Source: Candidatus Chisholmbacteria bacterium RIFCSPHIGHO2_01_FULL_52_32 (GTDB lineage Bacteria > Patescibacteriota > Microgenomatia > UBA1400 > Chisholmbacteraceae). Taken from it: a stretch of 64,000 nucleotides of DNA. Where the stretch lies: assembly GCA_001816585.1 (NCBI GenBank), contig MHCJ01000003.1:714681-778680 (forward strand), in the 5' to 3' direction. A program made the translations under genes and the position numbers. The number at the start of each line of letters is the position of its first letter. Position 1 is the stretch's first letter. The notes under the pieces were generated by a model that saw only the letters and a list, made by a program, of their open reading frames with translations, was not told the DNA's origin and searched no databases. Below, piece after piece: positions 9,344-18,546 of this stretch.

Positions 9344-10516
9344 CTAATAGTCTACAGTATTTCCAGTGGGAAGAATTTCTATCCAGATTTTCCCCGGAGC
9401 GAAGGTCAGTTCCTTTCCGTTCTTGCCGGTAAAGACAGTTCTTGCCTTTCTTGATATTTTCTGCCAATTGGCTTCGGTCATCTTTCCGTCTTGGAAAACG
9501 AGGGCTTTCCCGGAACTTATTGTTTTGTACAGGATATGTTTTAACTCATCGATCGGCCCATTTTCGTTTAGGAACTGGACGATGACTACCCGACTTTTGA
9601 TTTGCTCTCCGTTGTTGAGGTCCGTGTGGGCTTGCCCATTATTGAGGCGGGCATAGTCTTTGGACTGTGAATTATATTCCCAGGTAACCGCATATTCCTC
9701 CCCGCCTTGCCAGAACTCGAAGCTTACCTTGTTTGCCTCAGGGCCTTCGGTTTCCTTCTCCTCGAGTTTCCACGATTGGAACTGATCCTGCCAGTCAATA
9801 CCTTTGAGATCTTTATTTGTCCATCCGCGACGTTTTCCTTCACCCCAAAGCTTTTCCGTGGTTGTGTACATCGTGTGTTCGGTTGCCACCGTATGGCCAA
9901 TCCGCTCGTAATCCCGCCAAAATGTGGGGTAGCCGATCGCGAATTGATTGAGGTCATTTCCGTTTCTCCCTCCCCAGCCATATTCTTGGATTTGCCCTAA
10001 GGCATTGGCCGGTCCAGGCAGATTGGCTCCTCCGACATGAACGTAGAGCGGGGTAAGCCCGTATTCGGATGCCCAATCGAGAAAGTAGGTCCTGGCACTT
10101 CGCACCGGACCGAGCATGGTATCGCGAGCGACGGCATCACAAAGATAGACTGCCAGGAAGCGGGTGATTCCACCCTCGGCGACTGCCTCATAGACGATAT
10201 CAGCCTTCGTTATCCCTGATTGCGGTCTGGCTTCCGAGTGGTTTTCAATCATCACGACCAAAGGGCGGCGGGTCTCCCAGGCTTTCTTCTCGGTTTTGGT
10301 GTAGAGCTTTCCGTTTAAGGGACAGCTTTCCGTCTTTGGCTCTCCGGGATCGATGGCGAGACCGCCTCCTTCTCCCGGCAGAGGGTTCGCAAATTCAGAC
10401 TGAGGCTCGGTCCGCAAAAAATTAAACGCCGCGAAGGCAATACCGGTTGTTAAAAGGTATAACCCCAGACCAGCAACGAGAAGGAAAAGTTTCGGTCGAA
10501 GAGCGGCAGGAAGCAT
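9344..10516 (-). CDS. DUF3048-domain exported protein
   Basis: N-terminal TM segment; MIENH..ARPQSG..ADIVYE..AEGGITRF..GPVRSAR. Confidence 0.85.
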   Translation of the reverse strand: MLPAALRPKLFLLVAGLGLYLLTTGIAFAAFNFLRTEPQSEFANPLPGEGGGLAIDPGEPKTESCPLNGKLYTKTEKKAWETRRPLVVMIENHSEARPQSGITKADIVYEAVAEGGITRFLAVYLCDAVARDTMLGPVRSARTYFLDWASEYGLTPLYVHVGGANLPGPANALGQIQEYGWGGRNGNDLNQFAIGYPTFWRDYERIGHTVATEHTMYTTTEKLWGEGKRRGWTNKDLKGIDWQDQFQSWKLEEKETEGPEANKVSFEFWQGGEEYAVTWEYNSQSKDYARLNNGQAHTDLNNGEQIKSRVVIVQFLNENGPIDELKHILYKTISSGKALVFQDGKMTEANWQKISRKARTVFTGKNGKELTFAPGKIWIEILPTGNTVDY

Positions 10517-10537
10517 ATCAGTTAAAAAGTGAAAAGT

Positions 10538-10612
10538 CCCTCCTTCGCATTTACGGCTTCAAGCAGACTGCTTATTCAGCCGTTTCCTGAGCCGAATGCT
10601 TCGGCGGGCAAG
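10538..10612. repeat. REP-like long hairpin family B, copy 1, inside AAAAGTY heptamer repeats (10521-10665)
   Basis: Reverse complement reads TGCCCGCCGAAGC...GAAACGGCTGAATAAGCAGTCTG...GCGAAGGAGGG; homologous to 39849-39923. Confidence 0.75.
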
Positions 10613-10687
10613 TAAAAGTTAAAAGTCAAGAAATAGAATCTCAAAGTTAATAGTCAAAAGTTCAAGGATCTTTGTTGTTGAAAAAAG

Positions 10688-11164
10688 CTACCCTTTTGCC
10701 ATTTCTTGGGCTGTTTGAATAGCCTCCTTTTCGTCCCGGGAAAGCTGTTGACCCTCGGTTTTACCTTGGGTTATGGCTTTGGCGTAGACGCGTGTCTGAT
10801 CACGACTATGGAGTGAGCTTATCACAATCCCGTTATCGTGTCCATCAAGAAGTGCAAGACAGAAGCTCTGATTTCCTCCTGTATCCGAAAATGGATTGAA
10901 CCTGATAAATCCTACTTTCTTGAGATCAAACTTTTCCTCCTCTTCAAGGGATTTCAGCCACTGCCTAAGCTCTTTGGTTTCCCGTTTATTTTCTTTCAAT
11001 TGGGAGAGGAGGTGTTCCAAGATTTCGCGCAGTTCCTGCTTCTTTACCCCCCCCGCGAGTCGGTTGTAGTGGCGTATGTTTTGCCACAAAAGTATGGAGA
11101 CTATCAGTAACCACAAAACGAGGAATGTGAAGAGGAAGTTAAGGAGTGTTGGGTTATTTACCAT
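10688..11164 (-). CDS. DUF4446-family membrane-anchored protein
   Basis: TM plus coiled coil; RFNPFSDTGGNQSF..ALLD..NGIVISSLHSR..YAK. Confidence 0.8.
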   Translation of the reverse strand: MVNNPTLLNFLFTFLVLWLLIVSILLWQNIRHYNRLAGGVKKQELREILEHLLSQLKENKRETKELRQWLKSLEEEEKFDLKKVGFIRFNPFSDTGGNQSFCLALLDGHDNGIVISSLHSRDQTRVYAKAITQGKTEGQQLSRDEKEAIQTAQEMAKG

Positions 11165-11290
11165 CGGTACTTTAAGGGGGTGTTTTTTTCTTTTTTCTTC
11201 CCCTATTATAGCGCAGCGGTTCCCCAGGTGTCATTGCACGGGTTTCCTTAGCCATGTCTTTCTTCTTTCCGTGATACAATAGGGATTGCA

Positions 11291-11578
11291 ATGGCAGGCA
11301 GACGAACGAAAAAGGATAAGATTATCGCGCAATTGAGGCGACAGGTTCAGCACACCGAGCCTCCTTCGGAGGCAGAGTATTCTCTGCCCGGTGTTTCTCA
11401 GAAGGTTTCCCCTCCGCTTGTTTCGCCATCCCTTCCCGTTTCATCGGGTGTCTCCGGTGATTTTTTGTCACTTTTTTCTTATGACCCGGCCTTTATCCGA
11501 AAAGACCTTGTCCGCACTTCAATCCTAACACTCCTCGCTTTTTCAACAGAATTTGGGCTTTATTTTTGGTTACGGTAA
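11291..11578 (+). CDS. Hypothetical protein with C-terminal TM segment
   Basis: ORF with TGATACAAT promoter-like box just upstream; basic N-terminus and hydrophobic C-terminus. Confidence 0.7.
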   Translation: MAGRRTKKDKIIAQLRRQVQHTEPPSEAEYSLPGVSQKVSPPLVSPSLPVSSGVSGDFLSLFSYDPAFIRKDLVRTSILTLLAFSTEFGLYFWLR

Positions 11579-11597
11579 TTGTTCGTTTGGAAACGCC

Positions 11598-11762
11598 ATG
11601 ACATTTTATTGCGTTCAGTGCAAAGCCGAGCGGGAAGTTGAAACCTTTGAGGAATTCCGTACGAAACACAATCTCCGGATGGCAAAGGCTACCTGCCCGG
11701 TGTGCGGGTTTCCCCTGTACCGTAAACTCGATACCCAGCCGGAACAGGAAAAGAAAGCGTAA
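11598..11762 (+). CDS. Small zinc-ribbon protein (DUF5679-like, 54 aa)
   Basis: MTFYCVQCK...MAKATCPVCG; two CxxC motifs. Confidence 0.8.
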   Translation: MTFYCVQCKAEREVETFEEFRTKHNLRMAKATCPVCGFPLYRKLDTQPEQEKKA

Positions 11763-11791
11763 GGCCCTCGAGCACGGCTGTTTTTTGTGCC

Positions 11792-13483
11792 TTGAAACTT
11801 CATATCCTATCTGGTACCTTCCATACGCATATGCGTTCAACTTTACCCCAGCACCAGACCAGTCTGACTGGTCGGGGCGGGGTTTCGCCTCATATAATTG
11901 ATAAGAAGCCACGGGCATCAGCCCGTGGAGGCTTACATATCACCAGTCTTGACTCCATTCGTCCACTGGTGGCCCAGGCCCCCAGTGAAGCAAAACGGAA
12001 GCGCTCGATTAAGTACGTTGATGTTCGAGTTCAAATCACTGAAGGGGTCGGTAGCTGGTCGGAAGACGGGGCCCCAAAAGCATCGAGCCAGGACTGGGGA
12101 TTTTCGTTGGGTGTCCGTGTGATTGCCGCCAAGGGTATTGCCGCTTCCGGGTATTACGGACGTCTTTTAGGTGTTTCCGACTTTTTGCACTTTCCCCAAG
12201 TTCTTTTATCCGCCATTGACGCGGCATCCCAGCGTGCATTGGCAAATTCCCTGCACAAAGAACGTTTCGCACAGTTGATGCCCCTCGGCCAATCGGTTAC
12301 GCCTACGGAGCTTGCCAGAATCGATATTCATCAAGCTATCGTTGAAGCAGTTTTTGCTATTGACCCGAGAAACATCACGCCGGATTTTTTTTCGAATTTT
12401 GTCTGTGAAGCCGGCTTGAGGGCCAAACGTTCTCATCCCTCCATCAAAAAGGTTGAAGTTTCCGCTTCTAGTGTTATTTCCCGTCAGCTCTTTTCTTCCT
12501 CGGAAGGTGCTTTTATTGACCAATCCTCCTGTTCTACCGGTGGTACGGTTTTCGTTTTGGCACAAAACGCTTCCGGGAACAGACCGGTTGATCTCTACCA
12601 CCATACGGGGAATCAACTTGGTTTTGAGGCGCTGTCTTTGGGAAAAAACGCCCACAAAATGACCTTGAGTCAGTTTGCCCGCCAGATAGCCGACGAGGCG
12701 AACACGCTTTCCGAGGCCAAGCCGGCTCCGAGCAAAGATAAACCGGTGGTTGTGGTTCTCGATCCGGATTTGGTGGCTCTGTTTGCCCATGAGATCATCG
12801 GACACCCAGCGGAGCTTGACCGTGCAATCAAGATGGAGACCGGCTATGCCGGTCGTTCGTGGTTTTTCACAGACCTTCAGAAAAGCATGGTCGGGAAAAA
12901 GATCGGCTCTCCGCTTTTGACGGCTTTTTCGGATCCGACCTTGCGCGGGGGATACGGGCACTATCTCTACGATGATGAGGGAACTCCCGCCAAGCGTGTC
13001 TATCACATTAACAAAGGCATCTTCCAAGATTTCTTAAATAGTCGGCAGACTGCGGCGATTGTGGGTGCGGCCCCAAACGGACATTACAAAGCCAATGATG
13101 CTTCCGTCGTTCCCCTCATCCGGATGTCCGTCTCAGCGATTGCTCCGGGAAAAAGCAATCCAGCCTCGATTATTTCCGATGTGGAGCATGGCTACTACTG
13201 CGTCGGTCACCGTATCCCTTCTATCTCGGAATCCCGGGAGAATTTTCAGATCGCCCCCCGACTCATTTACGAAATTCGCCACGGTCGGTTGGGACGGGTT
13301 TTTCGCGACGGGCGGGTGACCGCCAATTCCAAGGATTTCTTCAACTCCATCGATGCCGTCGGATCGGATTTCACCATTTTTCCCATTCCAAACTGCGGCA
13401 AAGGCCAACCCATGCAAGCCAAACAGGTCGGTAACGGCGGCCCGACTATCCGAGCACAAGCAATGATCGCCCGAGGAGTGTGA
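11792..13483 (+). CDS. tldD: TldD metalloprotease (true start probably further downstream)
   Basis: HEIIGHPAE (HExxxH), YDDEGTP, PLIRMS, C-terminal CGKGQPMQ..VGNGGP. Confidence 0.9.
   Translation: MKLHILSGTFHTHMRSTLPQHQTSLTGRGGVSPHIIDKKPRASARGGLHITSLDSIRPLVAQAPSEAKRKRSIKYVDVRVQITEGVGSWSEDGAPKASSQDWGFSLGVRVIAAKGIAASGYYGRLLGVSDFLHFPQVLLSAIDAASQRALANSLHKERFAQLMPLGQSVTPTELARIDIHQAIVEAVFAIDPRNITPDFFSNFVCEAGLRAKRSHPSIKKVEVSASSVISRQLFSSSEGAFIDQSSCSTGGTVFVLAQNASGNRPVDLYHHTGNQLGFEALSLGKNAHKMTLSQFARQIADEANTLSEAKPAPSKDKPVVVVLDPDLVALFAHEIIGHPAELDRAIKMETGYAGRSWFFTDLQKSMVGKKIGSPLLTAFSDPTLRGGYGHYLYDDEGTPAKRVYHINKGIFQDFLNSRQTAAIVGAAPNGHYKANDASVVPLIRMSVSAIAPGKSNPASIISDVEHGYYCVGHRIPSISESRENFQIAPRLIYEIRHGRLGRVFRDGRVTANSKDFFNSIDAVGSDFTIFPIPNCGKGQPMQAKQVGNGGPTIRAQAMIARGV
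11846..11882. repeat. REP-like hairpin CCCCAGCACC...GCGGGG
   Basis: Nested inverted repeat GACCAGT/ACTGGTC; related copy at 18377-18399 in the opposite orientation. Confidence 0.6.
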
Positions 13484-13486
13484 TAA

Positions 13487-15040
13487 ATGAAAAGCATTAC
13501 CCACCTAACACGCACCGTCAAACAGGGTCTTTCGATCCTTAAAGCCGATTCCAAGGTTACTCAAGGCCTCGTCTATGCGTCTGAAAACAGGCGGACCGTT
13601 GGGAGACTCGTCTATACCTCCCATATTCCGTGCAATGGGCTTGAGGAGCTGAAGTCCGACGAGGACTTGGGGGTCTGTGTTGAAGTGTGGTTTCGGAAAG
13701 GGGGAAAGCAGTTGGTCGGGATGGGACATGAGTCAAGCGAACTCTCTCCTGATGCCGTCAGGCAGGCTTTGAAAAAAGCCAAACGGGATGCCGTTCCCGA
13801 TCCGGATTTTCATGGCTTATACCAACCGGAAAAGGGTTATGCTCAAGGCAGGCGGCGGTTAAGCTTTCACGACCGACGACTCTTCTCCCTTTCCGATCGG
13901 GCGGAGGCAAAATTTCTTTCCCGGGCTGCCTGGGAAACGATCAGGGGAACGGTCCATGGGATTGCCCCCTACGCCAGAAAACACCGTCTGTCTCCAAAAC
14001 AGCTGGCGTTTATTCTGAATGGAGACCACTTCATCGTCCGGGAGTCCATGGCCCTGGCTTCAACTAACGGGGTTGTCGATTCCGAATGTTCCACCATTGT
14101 CCTATCGTTTCTGACCGCAATGCTCGAGAAGGAACGATCCAAAGGCTCTGCTTGGTCCGCCCGCTCTTCTTTGTCTGGGTTTTCCCCTTACGTCCTCGGC
14201 AAGCAGGCCGCACGCTCAGCCATCCAAGGTGTCGGAGGGCTGCGTGTGGGAGGGGGAACGTACCCGGTCGTTTTCGGTCCACAGGCAGTAGCCGAGCTGT
14301 TCGGCGGTTTATTGCTTTCACACTTCACTCTGAGTTTGATTGATTTCGGAGCGTCTCTGTTTGCCGGACAGTACGGGAAACCGGTCGCTTCCCCTCTGCT
14401 TTCCCTGTCTGATGACCCGACCATCCGGGGAGGCGCAGGAAGTAAACGGGTAAGCTGTGAAGGCGCGCCAACGGCAAGAAAGGTGCTTTTAAACAAGGGG
14501 GTTCTGACCGGCTATCTGTCTGACTCCCGAACGACCAATAAGATGCTTGGGAGAGTGACGGAGGCAACTGCGAAACTGGGTGTTAGCCCGACAACCATTG
14601 CCCGAGCGATACGGCCTTCAAATGGCTTTCGGTTCTCCGACGGCGGCGGCCGGGCCGCCAGCAGCCCGGTAGGGACCCATGCGACAAACCTTGTCATTGA
14701 CAGCCCAACGCCTTTGTCTATGGAGCGACTGCTGCGCAAAGTCCAAAACGGTCTCTACATCGGACGACTTTGGTATACCTACCCCGTCGGAGGCTATGCA
14801 ACCGGTATTATTTCGGGGACGGCAGTTGCGGATTCCTACCTCATTCGGAACGGAAAGCTCGCTTCGCCCATCCTTCCCAACACGCTCCGCCTGGAAGACA
14901 ATTTAGCGAGAATGGTCCGCGACATCATTGGTGTCGGCAAAGCGAAGGTACCCACCATCCTTTGGGCCTCCGATGAAATTACCTATGCGCCATGTGTGGC
15001 TGTTGACGGTGTGCGTTTCGTTTCAATCGGGCAAGAATAG
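13487..15040 (+). CDS. pmbA: TldE/PmbA family protein
   Basis: YPVVFGP, LSDDP, EGAP, ATNLV; no HExxxH; directly follows tldD. Confidence 0.85.
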   Translation: MKSITHLTRTVKQGLSILKADSKVTQGLVYASENRRTVGRLVYTSHIPCNGLEELKSDEDLGVCVEVWFRKGGKQLVGMGHESSELSPDAVRQALKKAKRDAVPDPDFHGLYQPEKGYAQGRRRLSFHDRRLFSLSDRAEAKFLSRAAWETIRGTVHGIAPYARKHRLSPKQLAFILNGDHFIVRESMALASTNGVVDSECSTIVLSFLTAMLEKERSKGSAWSARSSLSGFSPYVLGKQAARSAIQGVGGLRVGGGTYPVVFGPQAVAELFGGLLLSHFTLSLIDFGASLFAGQYGKPVASPLLSLSDDPTIRGGAGSKRVSCEGAPTARKVLLNKGVLTGYLSDSRTTNKMLGRVTEATAKLGVSPTTIARAIRPSNGFRFSDGGGRAASSPVGTHATNLVIDSPTPLSMERLLRKVQNGLYIGRLWYTYPVGGYATGIISGTAVADSYLIRNGKLASPILPNTLRLEDNLARMVRDIIGVGKAKVPTILWASDEITYAPCVAVDGVRFVSIGQE

Positions 15041-15281
15041 CGGTTACCCTCACACCCTCCGTATTTCTCCTTCTTCTTTCATACCTTCGGTTTGTTTTTC
15101 GTTTTTATGGTTGTCGTTTGATTGTGCGTGAAGATATTTGATCGGTTCGGATCGTGTTTGTCTATTTCGTATTAATCCTGTAGCTTCGCGAACTTTTCCT
15201 GCTACTTTTACCTACTGAATTTTTCCCCTTACGCGACGCGGTTTGTCCTACTCTAAGATAGTTTGCGGCTTTAAGCTGCTG

Positions 15282-15310
15282 TTGACGTAATCGAGCCCAA
15301 AACATACGAT
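15282..15310 (+). promoter_or_regulatory. sigma70-type promoter followed by two terminator-like hairpins
   Basis: TTGACG-17 nt-TACGAT. Confidence 0.55.
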
Positions 15311-15433
15311 TGAACCAAACTGCCCGGGCAGCATGGGGGCAGTTTTTTTCTGCCTCAACGCTGTCCGAACTGCCTCTTTCGCCCCCCTGCCCTTCCAGGG
15401 GGCGGACTCATTTTTTGTTTTTTTGTACAATCC

Positions 15434-15844
15434 ATGTCCAGCGAAAACGCGATCAGCGTTCCTTACCGCGAAGCTATTTCCACACGTGGAAGTTTGGTAA
15501 ATGGGCTTGCCTATTTGGCCGGAGCTTTTCTTCTCTTCGCGCCTGTTATTCCACGAGTTGCGTTATTCATGGCTGTCGTTTCTCTCGCCTACTTTTTCGT
15601 GGTTTTCTTTTCCCTTCTGGCGCGTGATGGCTGGCGTTTCGCCAGACGGCTGGCGATGGGGTTCGTCCGCAAATCGCCATTGTCTTCCCTTTCATGGAAT
15701 CCCGCGCCGGTGGCGGTGCTTTCTTCCCTGACGAGCTTGCGGAGAAAGGCTTTTACCTTGCGGAGGGCCTTGCCTCTGTGGGAGACACGATTCTTTTCCT
15801 CAAGCTCTGCCTCTCCGAACGTTTTATTTAGCTCGCTTGAATAG
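15434..15844 (+). CDS. Possible small membrane protein, overlapping the 3' end of rdgB
   Basis: Two hydrophobic segments in the first 65 aa and an upstream promoter; the C-terminal part is antisense to rdgB. Confidence 0.35.
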   Translation: MSSENAISVPYREAISTRGSLVNGLAYLAGAFLLFAPVIPRVALFMAVVSLAYFFVVFFSLLARDGWRFARRLAMGFVRKSPLSSLSWNPAPVAVLSSLTSLRRKAFTLRRALPLWETRFFSSSSASPNVLFSSLE

Positions 15845-16344
15845 AAGATGGGATCGTAGCCAAATCCGGATGTACCTTGGGGCTTTGTCGTAATCCAGCC
15901 TTCGGTTTCTCCCTCAAAAATATATGTTCTTCCTGTCCGTGGGTCGTGGACGGCCACGGCCGTTTTGAACCGGGCTGTCCGTTTGGCGGGCGGGACGCCT
16001 TGTAGCAATTCAAGGACGCGTGTGTACCGCAATTCATCGGGGCCTTCAACGAATCTGGCACTCTGAATACCCGGTTTCCCTCCCAGGGCATCTACCTCAA
16101 GGCCCGAATCATCGGCAAGGGTAAGAAGGTCCGTTTGTTTTGCCAAGGTCTCCGCTTTGATTGCGGCGTTCTCGGCAAAGGTTGTCCCGGTTTCCTCTAT
16201 CACTCCGGAGGGGCGTATACCACTTACCTCATCGATGGTCGTCAGTTCAAAATGAAGACCGGAAAGGATACTTTTTATCTCCCGTATCTTTCCAAAGTTT
16301 CTGGTTGAAAGGAGGAGTTTACGCATCGGCCGGGGAGACATCAT
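15589..16344 (-). CDS. rdgB: dITP/XTP pyrophosphatase (RdgB/HAM1)
   Basis: ADDSGL, PGIQSAR, GFGYDPIF, KNRVSHRGKA; ~45-aa atypical C-terminal extension. Confidence 0.93.
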   Translation of the reverse strand: MMSPRPMRKLLLSTRNFGKIREIKSILSGLHFELTTIDEVSGIRPSGVIEETGTTFAENAAIKAETLAKQTDLLTLADDSGLEVDALGGKPGIQSARFVEGPDELRYTRVLELLQGVPPAKRTARFKTAVAVHDPRTGRTYIFEGETEGWITTKPQGTSGFGYDPIFYSSELNKTFGEAELEEKNRVSHRGKALRKVKAFLRKLVREESTATGAGFHEREDNGDLRTNPIASRLAKRQPSRARREKKTTKK

Positions 16345-16769
16345 TGATTTGAGGATGCTGGTTGGGATGCTTCGGATGCTTCTTCGTCAAGCATACTGCC
16401 GAAGCTGCCTGATGGCGAGGATTCTGCTGAAGGAGAAGCTCCTTCATCTTGGTTGTCTTCTTCCGGTTCCAAGGAAACGGTTGGTTGGATAGTCACCATC
16501 GGTGCATTTTGGCTTTCTTCCGCTCCCTTCATGCCTCTTTGGGTCAGTTTGCCGATGGCGACAGCCAAGCCGATGCCGCCGGCGATAGTGAAGATGACCG
16601 TAAGGAGTGCCACCAGGAATGAAGGATGCGGTTTCGGAAGCGATGGGAAGGCGGCTCTGGTTTTACCCCCTTTTGGCGGGATTTTCGGCTGATCGTTCGG
16701 TGCCGGAGGAGGAGGCGTGGCTTGGGGTGTTACAGGCCCGGGCTGGGGAGGGTTGTTTTGCTCTGCCAT
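16341..16769 (-). CDS. Hypothetical single-TM protein with Pro-rich N-terminus and acidic/Ser-rich C-terminus
   Basis: Stop overlaps the rdgB start (ATGA); extended -10 box 6 nt upstream. Confidence 0.75.
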   Translation of the reverse strand: MAEQNNPPQPGPVTPQATPPPPAPNDQPKIPPKGGKTRAAFPSLPKPHPSFLVALLTVIFTIAGGIGLAVAIGKLTQRGMKGAEESQNAPMVTIQPTVSLEPEEDNQDEGASPSAESSPSGSFGSMLDEEASEASQPASSNQ

Positions 16770-16812
16770 AGTTCTACGATATCACGTTGGTCTCTCTTGA
16801 TACAATACCGAT

Positions 16813-17442
16813 ATGGAAATCTCCTTTGTCCTGACAACCCTTGACCGCATTTACCCCGAGCTTCCACTCCACAGGCTGGCAACAACCCCATTTCGTACGC
16901 TTATCGCAACCATGCTTTCTCAACGGGCACGGGATGAGCAGATTATTCCGGTGGCAAAGCGGCTGTTTACGGCGGCTGAGACTCCGAAAGCGTTCCTTTC
17001 CCTTTCCGACCGAAAGCTTCAGATAATCATCAGACCGGCGGGGAAATATCGGCAAAATGCCAAACGCATCAAGGAGATTTGCAGGATTCTTCTTGAGAAG
17101 TACGGGGGTGAGGTTCCTGACAGCGAAGAGGCATTGCTTTCACTACCCGGCGTTGGGCGGAAGACTGCGAATATTGTCCTTTCCCATTCGTTTGGGCGCG
17201 ATGCGATCGCGGTTGATATCCATGTCCACAGAATTACGAATCGTCTCGGGTGGGTGCGGACGAAGACTCCCGAAGAAACCGAGCGGGCCCTTCAGAAAAT
17301 TATCCCGAAGCGGTATTGGCGAATGGTCAACCGGGTGTTCGTCCGGCACGGACAAACCATTTGTACCCCCCAATCGCCCTTTTGTTTGCGATGTCCGGTT
17401 TTCCGATCCTGCCGACGGGTTGGGGTGAGGAAACAGCGGTAA
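16813..17442 (+). CDS. nth: Endonuclease III
   Basis: HhH LPGVGRKTA, VDIHVHR, 4Fe-4S motif C-x6-C-x2-C-x5-C. Confidence 0.95.
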   Translation: MEISFVLTTLDRIYPELPLHRLATTPFRTLIATMLSQRARDEQIIPVAKRLFTAAETPKAFLSLSDRKLQIIIRPAGKYRQNAKRIKEICRILLEKYGGEVPDSEEALLSLPGVGRKTANIVLSHSFGRDAIAVDIHVHRITNRLGWVRTKTPEETERALQKIIPKRYWRMVNRVFVRHGQTICTPQSPFCLRCPVFRSCRRVGVRKQR

Positions 17443-17519
17443 TCAAGGAAGAACTCGCATAACGTCCGATCTAAATGTTTATTGACTTCCATTTAGTTTA
17501 ATGATAATCTAAATTCACT

Positions 17520-17762
17520 ATGACTTATACTTTAACTTTATCCTCACAAGGACAGGTGGTAATACCGAGTGAAGTGAGGAAAAAGCTGCGGCTCAAGCCT
17601 GGCAGTAGGCTGGTGATGTCGCTCAAGATAAAAGGGGTGAGTCCAAAGGCGATTCTTGAGCCCGAGCCGGAAAGCTGGGTTGCACATATTACCGGGCTCG
17701 GTAAAGGAATCTGGGGTAAAGGAGAAGAGTACATCGAAAAAGAGCGGAAAGGCTGGAAGTGA
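17520..17762 (+). CDS. AbrB-family antitoxin (VapB-like)
   Basis: LSSQGQVVIPSEVRKKLRLKPG; directly upstream of a PIN gene. Confidence 0.85.
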   Translation: MTYTLTLSSQGQVVIPSEVRKKLRLKPGSRLVMSLKIKGVSPKAILEPEPESWVAHITGLGKGIWGKGEEYIEKERKGWK

Positions 17763-17765
17763 GCG

Positions 17766-18236
17766 ATGCGAAAGATTTCCTCAGTAACCCTCGATTCAAT
17801 GATCTTCGTTTACCTGTTCGAAGAAGATAAACGTTTTATCAAAAAGATAAAACCGCTTTTTGAGAATATTGAGAACGGCCGTCTCAAGGCACTAACCTCG
17901 ATCATTTCTCCGCTTGAAGTTCTCTCCGCGCCGAAACTGGAGAAGGTACCTGAGAAGAGAACCGCTTTTAGGCGCTTTTTCCAAAAGACGCCAAATCTTG
18001 TCGTTCAGGCTTTATCGTGGGAAGTGATGGAGAAAGCAGCCGAGATGAGAAGAAGACACTTCTCCCTTCGGACTCCGGATAGTATCCAGCTTGCAACTGC
18101 GGTCGTTACGAAGAGTCAGCTTTTTATCACCAATGATGAAAAGCTGAAAAAGCTCAGAATCATGAATCTGACTATCTCACTTGTGAATGAACTGAACATC
18201 CAGAAATACTCAAAGATCTCTCGTAGTTCTTCCTGA
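17766..18236 (+). CDS. PIN-domain toxin (VapC-like)
   Basis: LDSMIFVY, LEV, LRTPDSIQLATA, TNDEKL acidic PIN residues. Confidence 0.9.
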   Translation: MRKISSVTLDSMIFVYLFEEDKRFIKKIKPLFENIENGRLKALTSIISPLEVLSAPKLEKVPEKRTAFRRFFQKTPNLVVQALSWEVMEKAAEMRRRHFSLRTPDSIQLATAVVTKSQLFITNDEKLKKLRIMNLTISLVNELNIQKYSKISRSSS

Positions 18237-18256
18237 GGTCTTCATTTGAGGGTTTT

Positions 18257-18399
18257 CCTTCGACTTCGCTCCCTCCGATTTCACTCAGGGTAAACTTCTC
18301 ATCCCTGCCAATCCATCGTCAATCCCAGCGCTTAAGCATTGAGCTTGCCGAATGGCTGTCCCGGTGGGACGCACCGCCCCGCATCGAATGGTGCTGGGG
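18257..18399. repeat. Cluster of REP-like palindromes (CCTTCGACNNNGCTCAGGG type and CCCCGCA..TGCTGGGG type)
   Basis: ccttcgacttcgctc, cctccgatttcactcagggtaaac, cattgagcttgccgaatg, ccccgcatcgaatggtgctgggg. Confidence 0.65.
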
Positions 18400-18546
18400 A
18401 TTTTCGAACTGTTCAGTGCGCTACTCTACTAAATAACCCAGAGGATTTCGATCAACAAACACATCATTTTCTTAAGATTTCGTGACTTATCTTACCCCTC
18501 AACTAACGATGTATTGATAATGATCTGATGAAAGTATAATAGACTC

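Noticed and set aside
10538-10612. Hammerhead ribozyme in family B (GAAAC...GUC)
   Set aside because: No CUGANGA core in the required position and no third stem.
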